41,712 nt of DNA from an uncultured Pseudomonadales bacterium (GTDB lineage: Bacteria > Patescibacteriota > Microgenomatia > UBA1400 > UBA1396), in the NCBI GenBank assembly GCA_964447905.1, contig CAYUUK010000009.1:1-41712 (forward strand). Reading direction: 5' to 3'. Under the pieces are notes generated by a model, which did no database searches, was not told where the DNA came from, and was given only the letters and a program-made list of their open reading frames with translations. A program made the translations under genes and the position numbers. Shown piece by piece: positions 38,414 to 41,712 of the stretch (position 1 is the stretch's first letter; each line of letters opens with the position of its first letter).

Positions 38414-38441
38414 ATTATAACAAACATCTTATTGCGTTCAA
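38414..38441 (-). promoter_or_regulatory. Promoter for T-box 2
   Basis: TTGAAC-N16-TATAAT with extended -10 TG. Confidence 0.7.
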
Positions 38442-39520
38442 GATTTAAATTGAGATTTAGAAATTAACATATCTAAAATAATCATCTGTAATTTTTGTAG
38501 ATCATCAACTGATATTCGTTCATTAGTTGTATGAGGATCAATAACCCCGTCACTCACTGTTACAACTTCTAATCCTAGTTCAGCAAATGAGTTTGCGTCA
38601 CTTATTCCAAACACTTTTTTCTTTTTTAGAGGTAAATTATACTTATTAAGAATTTTTTCTATAAAATGAACCTGTTGTGAGTTATCTTTATGTGTATATC
38701 CACTACAATAACCACTAGTGCTAAATTTGAATATCGCATTTCCAAATTGTTTTTGGGTTTGATTTAGTCTTAACTCCAGCTTTTCAAGCATGTTCTTGAA
38801 TTTTGTTGCCGAAAAACTACGAATTTCTCCTTCTACAACAACCTTCTCAGGAATAGCATTTATTGCTGATCCTCCGCATATTTTTCCAATATTGAGAAAA
38901 ACATCTTTCTCGTCATTTGCACCCAGTCTCAAAGTCTCAATGTACTTGGTGGCGAATCGTAAAGCATTCACACCTTTTTCGGGAAAACAAGCATGTGCCC
39001 CTCTCCCGATAAATTCTATGTAAAAATTCACTATAAATGGGGCTGAAGTCACGATAGTTCCTAGTGGTTCAGCATAATCAAAAATATAGCCTTGCTTATT
39101 TTCAATAAGTTTGGTGTCAAAAAATTCAGCACCACCACCGGTTTCTTCTTTCACTGTAAATACGAGTTCAATTCCATTAATTGGCTTTATCAACATCCAT
39201 TCATCAACTGCTGTAAGAATCGCAGCCATGGATGCTTTGTTATCTGCTCCTAAAATAGTATTGCCTTGGCTTTGAATTACTCCATCTTGAATAATTGGAT
39301 GAATAGACCTTCCTGGTTCGACAGTGTCCATATGGGCACATAAAAAGAAGGGGATGAGAGTATCTCCCTCTTTTTTTAAAACAAGATTACCGACACTATC
39401 AGTGAAGTGAGACAGATTTCTTGATTTTCCCCATTGAATAAGCCATTTTCTAACATTTTCCTCACTACCTGATGGACTATCGATTTTTACTAACTCAAAA
39501 AATGTATCAATTAATGTCAT
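38438..39520 (-). CDS. M20B peptidase T-like metallohydrolase
   Basis: IDSPSGSE, AHMDTVEPG, LGADNKA, KEETG, AHA..PEKGVNA and HTTNE. Confidence 0.9.
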   Translation of the reverse strand: MTLIDTFFELVKIDSPSGSEENVRKWLIQWGKSRNLSHFTDSVGNLVLKKEGDTLIPFFLCAHMDTVEPGRSIHPIIQDGVIQSQGNTILGADNKASMAAILTAVDEWMLIKPINGIELVFTVKEETGGGAEFFDTKLIENKQGYIFDYAEPLGTIVTSAPFIVNFYIEFIGRGAHACFPEKGVNALRFATKYIETLRLGANDEKDVFLNIGKICGGSAINAIPEKVVVEGEIRSFSATKFKNMLEKLELRLNQTQKQFGNAIFKFSTSGYCSGYTHKDNSQQVHFIEKILNKYNLPLKKKKVFGISDANSFAELGLEVVTVSDGVIDPHTTNERISVDDLQKLQMIILDMLISKSQFKS

Positions 39521-39522
39521 GA

Positions 39523-40056
39523 TTACTTAACTTTAACAGGTTTCAGATCGTAAATGGTATCAACACAACTTTTTCCTTCAGGAAGATCTTCCTTGTGCTT
39601 ACATCCACAGGTCTGACACATCACAAAAGCATCAGGATGCATCTGACGTTGATCGATTTCTGTTGCACCGTATTTTTCAAATATTGGGGCTGAATTATCG
39701 TTACCAAATGCAACTAATCTTTTACCATTAGTTCGAGATAAAATTGCTTGCAGTAACCCTTTTCCAACACCTTTAGCTTGAGTATTAGGTGACACAGCCC
39801 ATCCACCAAATTCTAATGTTCCATCTGGGTACTCAAATGTTACTGCAGCTGTTCCAATAAGTGCTTCCTTCTCATCCACGGCTAATGCCAACATGCCTTG
39901 AGATGCAATCTTAGCTAGCTGATCTGCTGTAACAGCAAGCATTATGCCTTGTTCTGCAAAGTAGTTAATTAAAGTCGCGGCAAGGTTTAGCAAAGCCTCA
40001 TCATTTTCTGAAGGAAAAACGATCTCATACGATCTTGACTCATGGGGACTAATCAT
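39523..40056 (-). CDS. GNAT acetyltransferase resembling short ArgA (N-acetylglutamate synthase-like)
   Basis: LI..FAEQGIML, AVSPNTQAKGVGK, FEKYG and a C-terminal Cys cluster (CQTCGC...C) as in short ArgA-type GNATs. Confidence 0.65.
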   Translation of the reverse strand: MISPHESRSYEIVFPSENDEALLNLAATLINYFAEQGIMLAVTADQLAKIASQGMLALAVDEKEALIGTAAVTFEYPDGTLEFGGWAVSPNTQAKGVGKGLLQAILSRTNGKRLVAFGNDNSAPIFEKYGATEIDQRQMHPDAFVMCQTCGCKHKEDLPEGKSCVDTIYDLKPVKVK

Positions 40057-40745
40057 AGTACTACTCCTTTTTCTAACAATGCATCTCTACGATCTACAAC
40101 TGATTTCAATGCAACTTCGGGGTTATAGAGTAATGCTGATAATTGTTTTAATGATCTAGGATTAAGGGAGCTCATCCGTGTCAATAAATAAGATGGCAAT
40201 GCCTCGCCTTGCATCGCTTTTCGAACAACACTAATTTGGGTGGGAAAAGTTATACCTTCTACAAAGCTTAGGCCATTATCGGTAGCGACTACCTGTCCAT
40301 TAGGGAGAAACAAAATGTCATTTGATGTTCGATCGATGAGTCCAGCTAAGTAATCCAAAGCAGCTAATTCTACCCATGCTGGACTTGGTTCCAAAGACTC
40401 AAAGAAATAATGGGGCTTTACCTCCGCACTATCATAAAAAGGACTTAAAGATCCACAATCATCATCTTTGAGACTGTAGGAAATTGCAGGGATTGCAGAA
40501 CTAACCCCGATCATTTGTGCTAATTGAAAAAATGCAACGTGATGGTGCACTTCATATGGTTTTGGAATTCTCTGATCTGTTTGAAATCGAACTCCTTTTT
40601 CTGGGTAGTACAAAGCTTTCGATTTCCGTCCTTGCTGAGTTACTTCAACCAATAAGCTAATATTCTTTGTGTGGCCTCTTACCTCAATTGGTTTCACTTC
40701 TTCAAATTGCTCAGAAAACTGACGTTGTTCTTTACCTCTACGCAT
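40053..40745 (-). CDS. PI3/PI4-kinase-like (HipA-like fold) protein
   Basis: LDYLAGLIDRTSNDIL...ATDNGLSF resembles D..I.N.DR...N...IDxG.SF; start ATG 40745 with AAAGGT SD and TATAAT upstream. Confidence 0.6.
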   Translation of the reverse strand: MRRGKEQRQFSEQFEEVKPIEVRGHTKNISLLVEVTQQGRKSKALYYPEKGVRFQTDQRIPKPYEVHHHVAFFQLAQMIGVSSAIPAISYSLKDDDCGSLSPFYDSAEVKPHYFFESLEPSPAWVELAALDYLAGLIDRTSNDILFLPNGQVVATDNGLSFVEGITFPTQISVVRKAMQGEALPSYLLTRMSSLNPRSLKQLSALLYNPEVALKSVVDRRDALLEKGVVL

Positions 40746-40826
40746 AATTACCTTTTCGTGTAAATTATGGGTATTATAGCTCAAAATGGGTGGTTGTCAT
40801 GAGGAAACAGTGCAATTATCAATTCA

Positions 40827-41712
40827 CTATTCTCGAATCAGATCTAATGAGAAGCCATGCTCACGAGCAGAAGAAAATAACTTGAATCCTGCCGCATGCT
40901 GTTTATCAGTCAATTTTTTGTGTTTGGAGACATAAATACCTAGAGAAAAAGCAAATCTATTTTGGTATGAAGAAAACTTCCCAGATTTCTTTCCCCAGTG
41001 AGCTAGGCTAAACCAAAAGTTCTCATTTAGAGCAATTTGTTTATATTCATTCTTCAATTCTTCATCGCTAACAAAGATAGTATTGATATTTTCAACAATC
41101 TCACTTTGTACCGGCTGTTCGTTGAGACCAACCTCAGCTGAAGGTTCTTTTGACATTTCAACTTCATCTTCATCTAGATCAAAGGCTGGTTGGTAATCTA
41201 TTTTAGATGGTACATTTTCAGAAAGAATTTTTTTCGAAAACTTACTATTCCCATCTAAATCAGCATCGTACTCTTTTAGTACCTTCCTTAGTGCATCCAA
41301 CTCCTCGTCATACTCTTTTTCATCAAACCAGTTTCCAGACCAAATTCGATATACTTCATATCCGTTATCCCGTAGTTGCTGCATTCTAAAGTAATCGTAA
41401 GCATATGCTTCAGATGTGCCATGGTATGAGGCACCATCACACTCGATTACCAATGGTTTCCTAGTATCGTCTATTGGGTCAATGAGAAAATCGACTCGAA
41501 AAGAACCAATCCAAACTTGAGATCTTATTCGACTATTATCAGGAACAATACGAGTTAATTCGTCATATACTTCTTCTTCAAACGGAGATTCTGTTTCAAT
41601 AAAATGCGGTACGGAAATCGCTTCTTCAGTTGAACCTTGCTTTACCACCCCCCAAAACATGCTCTATCTGTTTTTGATTCCCTTCACTCACAGCCTTTGC
41701 GTAGGCAAGGTA
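40827..41712 (-). CDS. C-terminal part of a large SF1 helicase fused to a Vsr-like PD-(D/E)xK nuclease; frameshift at G6 run
   Basis: ESPFEEEV...GSFRVDF...IECDGASYH...D..R...L...G..VYRIWS; the upstream frame YLAYAKAVSEG... joins if 41648-41653 has 5 rather than 6 bases. Confidence 0.75.

Noticed and set aside
1-41712. CRISPR array, integrase, transposase or phage structural genes
   Set aside because: No regularly spaced repeats or recognisable motifs seen.

Overview
Bacterial genomic DNA (code 11). The gene content suggests a Patescibacteria/CPR-type monoderm (inference): htpX-lemA, LysM, a sortase with a PKD-domain substrate, SIMPL, and an NqrB/RnfD-FNR + ApbE + FMN-binding module. Bases ~1-16 kb are ordinary housekeeping, envelope and ion-transport genes plus tRNA-Asp, -Thr and -Gln. 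From ~16.2 kb to the end is an accessory amino-acid region that appears largely RNA-regulated. (i) Two homologous, convergent T-box riboswitches have an unusual short stem I carrying a CGC (Arg) codon in the apical loop. One directly precedes three tRNA-Arg genes (UCU, UCG, GCG; all six Arg codons), then argH and argG, and further downstream an arginine-deiminase-like gene, argS, a YbaK/ProX editing-domain gene and a methyltransferase. The other precedes a GNAT + MBL-fold operon. (ii) Two unannotated leader-peptide attenuators, one His-rich and one aromatic/hydrophobic, each precede an M20 hydrolase operon. (iii) There are many acylation/deacylation enzymes, a tRNA 3' remnant (att-like) at ~30.26 kb, a duplicated small Cys protein and two homopolymer frameshifts. 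All functional calls are from motif recognition only; no database searches were run.
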